Shown here piece after piece: positions 7,434 to 15,523 of a stretch of DNA of 26,512 nt. The stretch is taken from positions 1-26,512 of IMG/VR virus record IMGVR_UViG_3300046788_000343. One strand, 5' to 3'. The position numbers and the translations under genes were made by a program. The stretch is from a virus (lineage: Duplodnaviria > Caudoviricetes). The notes below the pieces were generated by a model. That model ran no database searches and had not been told where the DNA came from. It saw only the letters and a program-made list of their open reading frames with translations. Position 1 is the stretch's first letter, and each line of letters starts with the position of its first letter.

Positions 7434-9573
7434 TGGAACCAAACGCGCTGTCTGGGTGGTGCATAGGCGAGGAGGCAAGGACATTACTGCTTTTAACTGG
7501 TGCATTCTCCAGCTTTTGCTTAATAGTGGGTGGACTGCTTTTCATATTTTACCTACTTATAGTCAAGCTAAGAAAGTAATCTGGGATTCGTCTACGAATG
7601 ACGGCAAACGCATTCTTGATTACATTCCTCGAGAGGTAATCGAATCCAAGAACGGTCATGAGATGAAGATTCGATTCACAAATGGATCTCTTTATCAGCT
7701 TATCGGCTCGGATAACATTGATAGCCTAGTCGGCTCTAATCCTAAGATCATTATCTTCTCAGAATATGCTATTCAATCTCCTAACGCGTGGGCATATCTC
7801 AGCCCAATTCTAGAGGTTAATAAAGGCTATGCAATCTTTATCTCTACCCCGCGTGGTAAAAACCATTTCTATGATCTTGTGAATAATGCAAAAGCTAATC
7901 CTGACTGGTTTTGCGAGGTGCTATCAGTCAAAGATACTGGTGTATTGACCGAAGAAGACTTAAAAAGGATTCAAGCCGATAATGGATTCTCAGATGAACA
8001 TATGCATCAGGAGTATTACTGCAGTTTTAATCGCGGCGTGGAGGGTAGTTATTATGGGCGCATCATCGAAAAAGCGAGAGAAGAAAAAAGAATATGTAAT
8101 GTCCCATATGATACGCGCTGCCCGGTACACACTGCGTGGGACATTGGTTATGGGGACAGTACTAGTATCACCTTCTGGCAAGAGGTTGGGGGCGAATTGC
8201 GTATCATCGATTTTTATGAAGCACAAGGAGAAGGAATAGCGCATTATGCCAAAGTCATACAAAACAAGCCCTATGTATACGGCACACATTATATGCCGCA
8301 TGATGCGGGCTCGGGATCTATACAGACTGGAAGAACGTTGCAAGATGTTGCGTGGGAACAAGGCCTCAAGACAACGGTATTGGAAAGGGAAACAGATATT
8401 GCCATTGGCATTGAAGCCACTCGTTCACTATTAAGTATTGCATTCATCGATGAAACCAAATGCAAGCATCTCATCAAATGCTTAGAAAACTATCACAAAA
8501 AGTTTAATGAAAAGACCCAAGCGTATAGCGAAACGCCTATGCACGATTGGTGCTTTACTGGTGACACAAAAATATTGACGCATAACGGAACGTGTCGCAT
8601 AATGGATCTACCTAAAACAGGGAGTATTAAAACATTATGCGGATTCAAACCGTACACAAATCCACGAATAACGCGGAAAAATGCCCAACTTGTGGAGGTG
8701 AAGTTTGTCGACGGGACTATAGTGAAATGTACGCCGGAGCATTTATTTTTAACGGTAAACGGTTGGAAATCCGCAGAATCCCTAATGCCTTATACAGAGA
8801 TCCAATCATCCTTGATGAACTCACCCAATATTTCGATGGTGGATTATACCGAATATGGCCAAATGAAACATATTTCACTCGCGGAGGAAAGAAATTACAT
8901 CGAGATGTTTGGAAATCTGCGTTTGGTGAAATACCTGCAAAATGCCATATCCATCATAAAGACAGCAATCCAAGAAATAATTTACTTGAAAACCTTGAAT
9001 GTTTGCCCGCATCTGAACATTTATCAACAACTTGGAAAGATATCCCATCAAGAAAATTTGGTGATAAGGCTAGAGAAAAAGCAGCCGAATGGCATAGATC
9101 AGAAGAGGGTAGGTTGTGGCATAAAAGAAATGCAGAAAGAACAAAAAATTGGACTAAATGGAAAAGGGAGCCAAGGAATTGTTTGTTCTGTAATAAAGAA
9201 TTCATGGCAATGGTTCGTAAAAATGGTCACCAATCGAAATATTGTCACCCAAACTGTAAAGCAGCCTATTATAGAAAGCGTAAAGCATCTGGATTATAAG
9301 GAAGATGTTTGGTGTCTTACAGTTCCAGATCATGAGCATTTTAGTCTTTTCAATGGTGCTATAGTTCATAACTGTTCTCATGCTGCCGATTCTGTTCGCT
9401 ACATGGCGAATGCTCGCACGCAATTTGGGCGTGGGCCAGGATCGTTGACACAAGATAAGCTCAATCAGCTTAAAACCAACGCAGGCTATGGGCCCAAGCC
9501 AGGACCAAGATTAGGACCGCAGACGCCATTTATAGGCCCAAATAACAATAATCCATATTCAATGAGGAGATAG
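7363..9573 (+). CDS. terL: Terminase large subunit, intein-containing (462 aa after splicing)
   Basis: HRRGGKD Walker A, IIFSE Walker B, ISTPRGKNHFY, WDIGYGD; nuclease motif HDW|CSHAADSVRY is split by the intein. Confidence 0.95.
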   Translation: MTLPVELTFEPRSYQIPIIEALNSGTKRAVWVVHRRGGKDITAFNWCILQLLLNSGWTAFHILPTYSQAKKVIWDSSTNDGKRILDYIPREVIESKNGHEMKIRFTNGSLYQLIGSDNIDSLVGSNPKIIIFSEYAIQSPNAWAYLSPILEVNKGYAIFISTPRGKNHFYDLVNNAKANPDWFCEVLSVKDTGVLTEEDLKRIQADNGFSDEHMHQEYYCSFNRGVEGSYYGRIIEKAREEKRICNVPYDTRCPVHTAWDIGYGDSTSITFWQEVGGELRIIDFYEAQGEGIAHYAKVIQNKPYVYGTHYMPHDAGSGSIQTGRTLQDVAWEQGLKTTVLERETDIAIGIEATRSLLSIAFIDETKCKHLIKCLENYHKKFNEKTQAYSETPMHDWCFTGDTKILTHNGTCRIMDLPKTGSIKTLCGFKPYTNPRITRKNAQLVEVKFVDGTIVKCTPEHLFLTVNGWKSAESLMPYTEIQSSLMNSPNISMVDYTEYGQMKHISLAEERNYIEMFGNLRLVKYLQNAISIIKTAIQEIIYLKTLNVCPHLNIYQQLGKISHQENLVIRLEKKQPNGIDQKRVGCGIKEMQKEQKIGLNGKGSQGIVCSVIKNSWQWFVKMVTNRNIVTQTVKQPIIESVKHLDYKEDVWCLTVPDHEHFSLFNGAIVHNCSHAADSVRYMANARTQFGRGPGSLTQDKLNQLKTNAGYGPKPGPRLGPQTPFIGPNNNNPYSMRR
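8551..9372 (+). mobile_element. Intein (274 aa) in TerL
   Basis: Block A CFTGDTKI, block B KCTPEHLF, block F VWCLTVPDHEHF, block G IVHN followed by Cys+1. Confidence 0.93.
8637..9299 (+). CDS. HNH homing endonuclease in an alternative frame inside the intein
   Basis: LHRDVW...GEIPAKCHIHHKDSNPRNNLLENLECL...EH (HNH_3-like) plus C-terminal CxxC...CxxxC; true start uncertain. Confidence 0.85.
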   Translation: MRIQTVHKSTNNAEKCPTCGGEVCRRDYSEMYAGAFIFNGKRLEIRRIPNALYRDPIILDELTQYFDGGLYRIWPNETYFTRGGKKLHRDVWKSAFGEIPAKCHIHHKDSNPRNNLLENLECLPASEHLSTTWKDIPSRKFGDKAREKAAEWHRSEEGRLWHKRNAERTKNWTKWKREPRNCLFCNKEFMAMVRKNGHQSKYCHPNCKAAYYRKRKASGL

Positions 9574-9574
9574 T

Positions 9575-9823
9575 GTGGAAAAATGTTGCTGCTGTTCATT
9601 GGGAAACGCCAACGAACAGATTCTCCAATTGAGAAAAGAAATTTATGATCTTCTTCGCGGAGATTTGATAAATTTTTATCATCAAGAGAGGGAAGATGTG
9701 GACAAATCTATAATCTATTTTTATGCAATGCCGATCAGTTCCACTTATAACAAGCGAACTATAGACGTGCTGTTAGAGTGCTGCAGGGTAGCAAAAATGT
9801 ATAGAGATTCAATAAGGAGATAA
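9575..9823 (+). CDS. Hypothetical protein
   Basis: ORF track; GTG start with SD GAGGAG. Confidence 0.6.
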   Translation: MEKCCCCSLGNANEQILQLRKEIYDLLRGDLINFYHQEREDVDKSIIYFYAMPISSTYNKRTIDVLLECCRVAKMYRDSIRR

Positions 9824-9824
9824 T

Positions 9825-10004
9825 ATGTCAGGTGAATGCGACAAGTGCGGAGAGCATGCGATGGATTGTAAGTGTGATAATCCATTTACAGTATACGAAG
9901 AAATTGAGAATCTCATGATTGGAATGGGACTTTCTCAACTAGAAAAAGTTGAAAACATTTTACGTCATAAAATGAAAATTCAGCGTGCATTTGAGGGGAA
10001 ATAG
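9825..10004 (+). CDS. Hypothetical Cys-motif protein (59 aa, MSGECDKCGEHAMDCKC...)
   Basis: Translated by hand; SD AAGGAG. Confidence 0.65.
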   Translation: MSGECDKCGEHAMDCKCDNPFTVYEEIENLMIGMGLSQLEKVENILRHKMKIQRAFEGK

Positions 10005-10019
10005 AAATTAAAATAAGAC

Positions 10020-10052
10020 CGGTCAAGTTAAGCTCGCGGCTAAACTTGACCG
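10020..10052. promoter_or_regulatory. Long hairpin upstream of the portal gene
   Basis: CGGTCAAGTT-a-AGC pairs with GCT-a-AACTTGACCG. Confidence 0.5.
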
Positions 10053-10139
10053 AAAAGTAGTTTTCACAGTTCTACTTGTAAATCCAGTGTAGGGAAAAAG
10101 AAATATTGTGTATAGTAAAGTTTTTATTATAGGTGAATC

Positions 10140-12176
10140 GTGACTAGCGGAATGCTCGAAAGGTCTCAGGTTGTCGGAAATGTCTATCAGACCTTCTATG
10201 AAGATGGCAAACCCGATATCGTAGCAGAAGCAGATTCGCGTTATCAGTCTAATCTTTCAGCATGGCAGCTCTTCTTTTGGGAACAGCTTATCGACAGGAA
10301 GGTCTATCTTGGCGATCAGCGTTACCTCAATCTCTATTCTGGGCTGAATTATGAGCATCAAAAGTACATTTTTAACGCTGCTATGCCAGTCGTCAATATG
10401 GTCTGTGGCAGGCAGAGACAGCATCGTAAGGCCACTCAAATGGTGCCAGTGCACGGAAGCTCTAATCAAACAGCTTCACAAGCCACCAAAGCACTACAGT
10501 CGGCTTATTATTTTGATGATACGTATAATACAATCAGCAGTTGTTTTAAAGAGGCTGCAGGCATCACAGGATTGAGCTTGATGCACTCTTGGATTGACTA
10601 TAGGCGTGATCCTATCTGCGGCGATCTCAAGACAGAATGCTTTAGTGCTGATATGGTCATGATGGATGCTTTCTGGCGTGAAATGGATTTGAGCGATTGT
10701 CAGTTCATACGCACGCGCAAGTATCTGTGGAGGGAACAAGTCAAGCAAATGCTTCCAGGACGCGCTAACGATATTGATTTACTCAACGATCAAGCCTACT
10801 TCGATACCAAGTTCACATTCATGCCACAGCAATACAACATTCGCCGAAAAGGCTTTCTTGCCTATGATGAGTATTGGTACTTGACAGAACGGATGGCCAC
10901 ATTTATTGTCGATCCTCAGACATATGAATCAACGGAAGTGGATTTTGATAAGGAAGATTTAGCCAACCTGAAAGCTAGATTTCCCGATGTCGTTGTAGTT
11001 AAAGAAAAAGTCCCAACGGTGCACCTTGCGATCATTGTTAACAATACTTGCATGTATAACGGACCTAATCCTCTGGGCGTTGATTTTTATCCCTTTACTC
11101 CTTTTGTTGGCTATCACGATCTTGCTAACAATAATTATAGCTTCCGCTATCAAGGAATTATTAGAAATATTAGGGACCCGCAATATCTTTACTCGTATCG
11201 TAAGCAACTCGAACTCGATCTCCTCGCTGCTCAGTTCAGCGGTGTCGACGTGGAGGAAGACGCTCTTATTGACGATCAAGACGCTTTCAAAGTAGGCCCG
11301 GGTAAAGTTAGATTCTTCAAAAAGGGCCGTTTACAATCTCTTGTAGACAAGCCAGGGGCCAATATCAACCCCGCTAATTTCCAGGCCACACAATTTCTTA
11401 AAGAGGATGTTCAATCAAATGCAGGTGTCACTCCAGAATTATTGGGGCAAGCGGAAGATAGCGACGTTGGCATTACTGAGCAGTTACGTCAGGGTGCCGC
11501 ACTTACGACTCTCCAGGAGCTCTTTGATAACCTCGATTTATCTCAACGTAACGCGGGCAGACTCCATTGGGCGCTTATTCAGAAAAACTATACCCTTGGC
11601 AAAATCCGAAGAATGATCGAGGAGGAGCCTACGAATGAGTTCAGAGACAAGTCATTCCAGAGATATGATGCTGTGGTCACAAATGCACCGCTTACCGCGA
11701 CTACTAAGCAACTTAGTTTCCTACAAAAATACACGCTTTGGAAGGATGGTCTTCCTATTCCTCCGGCACAGTTACTCGAAGACCTTGTCATTCAAGACAA
11801 GGACAAACTTATCAAAGCTATCGAAGAAAATCAAAAGCAAGAACAACAGCAACAGCAGCAAATGGCGCAGCTTCAAATGCAGAATCAACAAGTTGTTAAC
11901 GAATCCTTACAATCTAAGGCTGCGAGCGACCGTGCATTGGCGGAAGAGCGCATTCAAAAGGGACATCTCGAACAATTCCAAATAGCGACAGCGCATAACA
12001 AATCCGAGCATGAAAAGGCAGCAGCAACGCTTGACATGGTCAAAGCTGCGAAAGAAGTAGAGTCTATGAAAGTAGACGATATCGTCAAGGTATTTACCTT
12101 GATAGAAAATATTAGAAAAGGGCAGGATGAAACTGCTATCAAAAAACAAGAGGTTACCAATGGGACACAGTCATAA
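10140..12176 (+). CDS. Portal protein (P22-like)
   Basis: 678 aa after terL; N...VVNMVCGRQRQ, YPFTPF, GIIRNIRDPQ..Y, GVTPELLG motifs; Gln-rich C-terminal coiled coil. Confidence 0.88.
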   Translation: MTSGMLERSQVVGNVYQTFYEDGKPDIVAEADSRYQSNLSAWQLFFWEQLIDRKVYLGDQRYLNLYSGLNYEHQKYIFNAAMPVVNMVCGRQRQHRKATQMVPVHGSSNQTASQATKALQSAYYFDDTYNTISSCFKEAAGITGLSLMHSWIDYRRDPICGDLKTECFSADMVMMDAFWREMDLSDCQFIRTRKYLWREQVKQMLPGRANDIDLLNDQAYFDTKFTFMPQQYNIRRKGFLAYDEYWYLTERMATFIVDPQTYESTEVDFDKEDLANLKARFPDVVVVKEKVPTVHLAIIVNNTCMYNGPNPLGVDFYPFTPFVGYHDLANNNYSFRYQGIIRNIRDPQYLYSYRKQLELDLLAAQFSGVDVEEDALIDDQDAFKVGPGKVRFFKKGRLQSLVDKPGANINPANFQATQFLKEDVQSNAGVTPELLGQAEDSDVGITEQLRQGAALTTLQELFDNLDLSQRNAGRLHWALIQKNYTLGKIRRMIEEEPTNEFRDKSFQRYDAVVTNAPLTATTKQLSFLQKYTLWKDGLPIPPAQLLEDLVIQDKDKLIKAIEENQKQEQQQQQQMAQLQMQNQQVVNESLQSKAASDRALAEERIQKGHLEQFQIATAHNKSEHEKAAATLDMVKAAKEVESMKVDDIVKVFTLIENIRKGQDETAIKKQEVTNGTQS

Positions 12177-12372
12177 AAACACCTCCATGGGAGGGCGCGA
12201 AGGAAGAGGGAATAGCGGAGCCGACTATTCTAAGATTAAGGAAAATCATGATCCAAAACCACCAGCAGGTGCTAGCAATAGCTATGAATCTATTCGCAAG
12301 AAAATCGATAGTCATGATTCAGCTTCACTAGCGAAGAAGCCATATACTCGCGAAAAGATGATGAATAAATAA
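12160..12372 (+). CDS. Small basic hypothetical protein
   Basis: Start set at ATG 12160 (SD GAGG) within track ORF 12127-12372. Confidence 0.6.
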   Translation: MGHSHKNTSMGGREGRGNSGADYSKIKENHDPKPPAGASNSYESIRKKIDSHDSASLAKKPYTREKMMNK

Positions 12373-12459
12373 TTTTAGAGTTCAAATATTTGGGCTCTCA
12401 TTAAAGGTTTTTCCCGTTTGACCAGCCTGGCAAATAAACGGATTTATAAAGGATAAATA

Positions 12460-12657
12460 ATGCCATGTAGATGTTGCGGGGCTTCAAGACCATCCAAAGG
12501 TTTCAAAGAACCAGGAGAAGAGAAAATCAACAGTCTTCTTGCAGAAGCGGCGAGACTTATTTTAGATAAAAGTAAATATGGATACGATGACATTGATGAA
12601 TGGAAAAAAGGCTGGCAAGAAGCATTTGACCATCATTTAAACGGATGTAAAGGATAA
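12460..12657 (+). CDS. Hypothetical protein
   Basis: ORF track; SD AAGGA. Confidence 0.6.
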   Translation: MPCRCCGASRPSKGFKEPGEEKINSLLAEAARLILDKSKYGYDDIDEWKKGWQEAFDHHLNGCKG

Positions 12658-12660
12658 ACT

Positions 12661-12840
12661 ATGTCAAGAATCAAGATCATACCAGAGATTAAGAAGCCAA
12701 TGGTGCCAAAGAATAAGAATCTAAGCGATACAAGGCCTAGATTCACACCACCAGGCGGAAAGCCACCATTGCCATTGCAAGAGTCGTATAATCGGCAAGG
12801 AACGGATGGCGCAAAAGCTAACAAGAAAAATGTAGGATAA
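12661..12840 (+). CDS. Small Pro/Lys-rich protein (59 aa, MSRIKIIPEIKKP...)
   Basis: Translated by hand; SD AAGGA. Confidence 0.6.
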   Translation: MSRIKIIPEIKKPMVPKNKNLSDTRPRFTPPGGKPPLPLQESYNRQGTDGAKANKKNVG

Positions 12841-12844
12841 GCTT

Positions 12845-12985
12845 ATGAAAAAGCACGAACATGAAAAGCATATGAAAGACGAGATGATGAAACATTCTAA
12901 GAAGAAGAAAAAGCATCATTCTGTTAAGCATTCCAAAGAAGAACTTCACGAGGCGCATAAGCACATGAAGAAACACGGTGGCTAA
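12845..12985 (+). CDS. His/Lys-rich peptide (46 aa)
   Basis: MKKHEHEKHMKDEMMKHSKKKKKHHSVKHSKEELHEAHKHMKKHGG; SD AGGA. Confidence 0.6.
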   Translation: MKKHEHEKHMKDEMMKHSKKKKKHHSVKHSKEELHEAHKHMKKHGG

Positions 12986-13123
12986 ATGACAATGATACCC
13001 CCAAAGATCAAGAAGCTCCCGAAACTCCATAAACCTCCAGTTGGCTATATCGAAAAGCCTCAGCAGAGTTCGTCTAATAGCAATCGAAGCCTTTATATGG
13101 GCGGGGCGAAGATGGTGAAGTAA
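12986..13123 (+). CDS. Small basic protein (45 aa, MTMIPPKIKKLPK...)
   Basis: Translated by hand; abuts both flanking genes. Confidence 0.55.
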   Translation: MTMIPPKIKKLPKLHKPPVGYIEKPQQSSSNSNRSLYMGGAKMVK

Positions 13124-13124
13124 A

Positions 13125-13553
13125 ATGACTAAAATCATGCATATTTTGGAAAAATCTGTAGACGGGGCAGAAGTCGGAGAAATGCTGAAATATGCAAATA
13201 GAAGACTGTTGCATGTCATTAATAACATTGTCCAAATGAGCTACGATAAAGGAATAAGAGGGAAATATTATATTCATTTTTGGTTTCAATCTACATCTGA
13301 GGGGTATGCTCCGAAATTTCTTTGTCGCCGTATTAGGCCTAGTCCATATCAAATGGAAGATCATTATCTGTGGTCTGTTGAGGATGGTGGAAAGGTTAAT
13401 TTTGAATGGTGCATACCGAAAAAAGAGATACGCACATATATTCTCGGGCATCCTTATGAATTTGATTCGAAGTTTGTAGAAATGCTTAAAAAATATATGG
13501 CAGGTACTTTAGATCAGATTTCAGACTATGTTGTGAAAAGTAAAGTTATTTAA
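13125..13553 (+). CDS. Hypothetical protein
   Basis: ORF track, 142 aa. Confidence 0.7.
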   Translation: MTKIMHILEKSVDGAEVGEMLKYANRRLLHVINNIVQMSYDKGIRGKYYIHFWFQSTSEGYAPKFLCRRIRPSPYQMEDHYLWSVEDGGKVNFEWCIPKKEIRTYILGHPYEFDSKFVEMLKKYMAGTLDQISDYVVKSKVI

Positions 13554-13776
13554 TTACAAACGTGTCGTCTACTCCAGGAAGTGGAATCCAACCTATAACT
13601 TTCCCCGTTGACGAATGTATTCCAAATGGATGCTTTAACCAGGACCTATAAGTTCTAAAATTATATTCCATCATAGATTGCTCAGATCTTCTCCAAAGTA
13701 CAACAATCTTCTGTCCATCTAGTGGTGTAAATTCTAAGGAGAGCCACTTCATTTCTATTGCAGTATATTTATTCAT
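13546..13776 (-). CDS. DUF551-like protein
   Basis: MKWLS...P.DGQKIVVL...VIGWIPLP. Confidence 0.65.
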   Translation of the reverse strand: MNKYTAIEMKWLSLEFTPLDGQKIVVLWRRSEQSMMEYNFRTYRSWLKHPFGIHSSTGKVIGWIPLPGVDDTFVIK

Positions 13777-13786
13777 TTAAACATCT

Positions 13787-14023
13787 TTATTGATATATGT
13801 GAGTTACTTCCAAAGGAGGAAAAAACATAAAATGATCTTCTGGATTTATTGGATGACATGTATTATGTTCCGTTACCCACTCTATTTCTTCTGTAAGTGT
13901 TCCATCTTCATCTCTTGAGATCAGATTAGCAGTCGCTATCGTGTATTTTTTATTCTTAAATCTCCATATCAATAACTTGCTTTTAAGTGGAGGATCACAA
14001 TCTTTTATCTTATTCCACTTCAT
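13787..14023 (-). CDS. DUF551-like protein
   Basis: MKWNKIKDCDPP...LLIW...DHFMFFPP. Confidence 0.6.
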   Translation of the reverse strand: MKWNKIKDCDPPLKSKLLIWRFKNKKYTIATANLISRDEDGTLTEEIEWVTEHNTCHPINPEDHFMFFPPLEVTHIYQ

Positions 14024-14196
14024 TTTCTATTCCTTTCTTCGATAGCGCATAGACGTCCGTGGAAGTCTTTCATTTCCTTGTTTATTTCTTCTTTCCATCC
14101 TCGTATTTCAGATTCGAAAGATTTAACATCGCTCTTTATCCAAGTAATGAGTCCAATATTTGTTGCAGCAATCGCTAAGACGGTTGGCCAATCCAT
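14020..14196 (-). CDS. Small TM plus coiled-coil protein (58 aa)
   Basis: Translated by hand: MDWPTVLAIAATNIGLITWIKSDVKSFESEIRGWKEEINKEMKDFHGRLCAIEERNRK; ATGA coupling to the next gene. Confidence 0.75.
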   Translation of the reverse strand: MDWPTVLAIAATNIGLITWIKSDVKSFESEIRGWKEEINKEMKDFHGRLCAIEERNRK

Positions 14197-14204
14197 ATTA
14201 TTTT

Positions 14205-14471
14205 CTATTCCTTATGGCAATGCATTAAGTGCGCTTTGAATTCGGCATCTTGTAGAGCCATTCTTCCTTTAAATTCGGCATCTTGTCTTTCTAATTTACC
14301 ATGGAAGTCTTTAATCTCTTCCTTGATTTCGCGGATTAATTGCAGAATGTCTCTTCGATCTGCTGCTGCTGTATTTGCTTGGTCTCTGCGATCTGCGTTT
14401 GCTTCTGTTCTTAACCAGAAGAACATTCCCAACATCGTGACTAAAAATACAGCGAATTGTGTCCATTCCAT
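14205..14471 (-). CDS. Small TM plus coiled-coil protein, paralog of 14020-14196
   Basis: MEW plus hydrophobic helix; shared E.KDFHG.L; internal repeats ADRRD x2 and QDAEFK x2. Confidence 0.8.
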   Translation of the reverse strand: MEWTQFAVFLVTMLGMFFWLRTEANADRRDQANTAAADRRDILQLIREIKEEIKDFHGKLERQDAEFKGRMALQDAEFKAHLMHCHKE

Positions 14472-14480
14472 GTTTACTCC

Positions 14481-14657
14481 TTATTTGATCCATTGTTGCA
14501 TCTGTTCTATCAGAGGTTTTAACGCTTTCTTGACTTCTTCGTCAGGTTTGATCTGATATTCTACCATAAATTCCATGGTTTGTTCAACTGTAGATATCAT
14601 ACTGACCATTTTTTCCGCAGCCATCATGTATGCAAAAGTGTCAATCTCTTGTTTCAT
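14481..14657 (-). CDS. Hypothetical protein (58 aa, MKQEIDTFAYMM...)
   Basis: Translated by hand; SD GGAG; first gene of the leftward operon. Confidence 0.6.
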   Translation of the reverse strand: MKQEIDTFAYMMAAEKMVSMISTVEQTMEFMVEYQIKPDEEVKKALKPLIEQMQQWIK

Positions 14658-14678
14658 TCACAAACTCCAATTTTTAAT

Positions 14679-14707
14679 TTGATATAAATTCAAACTTTAA
14701 TTATACG
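14679..14707 (+). promoter_or_regulatory. Putative sigma70-type promoter for scaffold/capsid
   Basis: TTGATA-17 bp-TATACG. Confidence 0.45.
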
Positions 14708-14776
14708 TCAAGCAACGGATCATAACGACCCGTTTCATACGGCGCAATAGAGATCTCGCCAATCTCAAAGGAAAGC

Positions 14777-15493
14777 ATGGAAAACACAGAGCAGACCCAA
14801 ACTCCTGAAGTGGTCGATCAGGCTGTACAAACCCATGAGAAGACTCCGAAAGAAAGTTTCGCGGAGCTTCGAAAAGCCAAAGAGGACCTAGAACGTCAGC
14901 TATGGCAGGCTCAAAAAGAAAAGGAAATGATTGAGAAGCATGCTCAGTTGCAAGCGCAGCAACGGCAGCCTCAACCAGAACCCGAAGAAGAATTTGATTT
15001 TAGACAGCTTGAGAATGAGGATTTTCCTGACGGGAAGAAACTCTCCAAAGCTTTTGGTTCGATAAATAAAAAAATGTCGGGCTATGAGCAGCAGCTAGCT
15101 GAAAAGAATCAAAAAATTCAAATTTTGGAGACTGCTACAGAATTTCCTGACTTCAAAGAGGTCGTCACGGCTGAGAATATTGAAAAATATATCAAAAGTG
15201 ACGAAGACAACCGAGAGGCTGTCGAGAAAGCCGCTAATCCTTTGAGAAAGGTGTATAACCTCATAAAAAAGAGCGCCGCCTACCAAGCAGATAAAGCCGA
15301 AAAGACGGTGAAAGATAAACCTGTATCGCAGGAACAGAAACGAGTCGATGAAAAGGAAGGAAAGCCAAAGACGGGCAGCCTAGGGGTAAGATCCGAAGCC
15401 GTCTCTACTGCGGCCCAAGTATCCAATTCAAAGATGAGTAAAGAGCAAAAAAATGCTCTTTGGAAAGAAACGATGGCATTAGCTCGCAAGTGA
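14777..15493 (+). CDS. Putative capsid scaffolding protein
   Basis: Charged helical/coiled-coil 238 aa directly upstream of the capsid gene. Confidence 0.7.
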   Translation: MENTEQTQTPEVVDQAVQTHEKTPKESFAELRKAKEDLERQLWQAQKEKEMIEKHAQLQAQQRQPQPEPEEEFDFRQLENEDFPDGKKLSKAFGSINKKMSGYEQQLAEKNQKIQILETATEFPDFKEVVTAENIEKYIKSDEDNREAVEKAANPLRKVYNLIKKSAAYQADKAEKTVKDKPVSQEQKRVDEKEGKPKTGSLGVRSEAVSTAAQVSNSKMSKEQKNALWKETMALARK

Positions 15494-15523
15494 TCTTCGT
15501 CTCCAAATCATGGAGACTAAAAA

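Noticed and set aside
10257-12160. Multiple alternative-frame and antisense ORFs within the portal gene (also within bet, the terL N-terminus and 25064-25854)
   Set aside because: They lack motifs and are expected shadows of long genes, unlike the HNH ORF in the intein.
12818-13451. Minus-strand ORFs of 136 and 125 aa
   Set aside because: They are antisense to a tightly packed set of plus-strand genes; their hydrophobicity mirrors Lys/His codons on the other strand.
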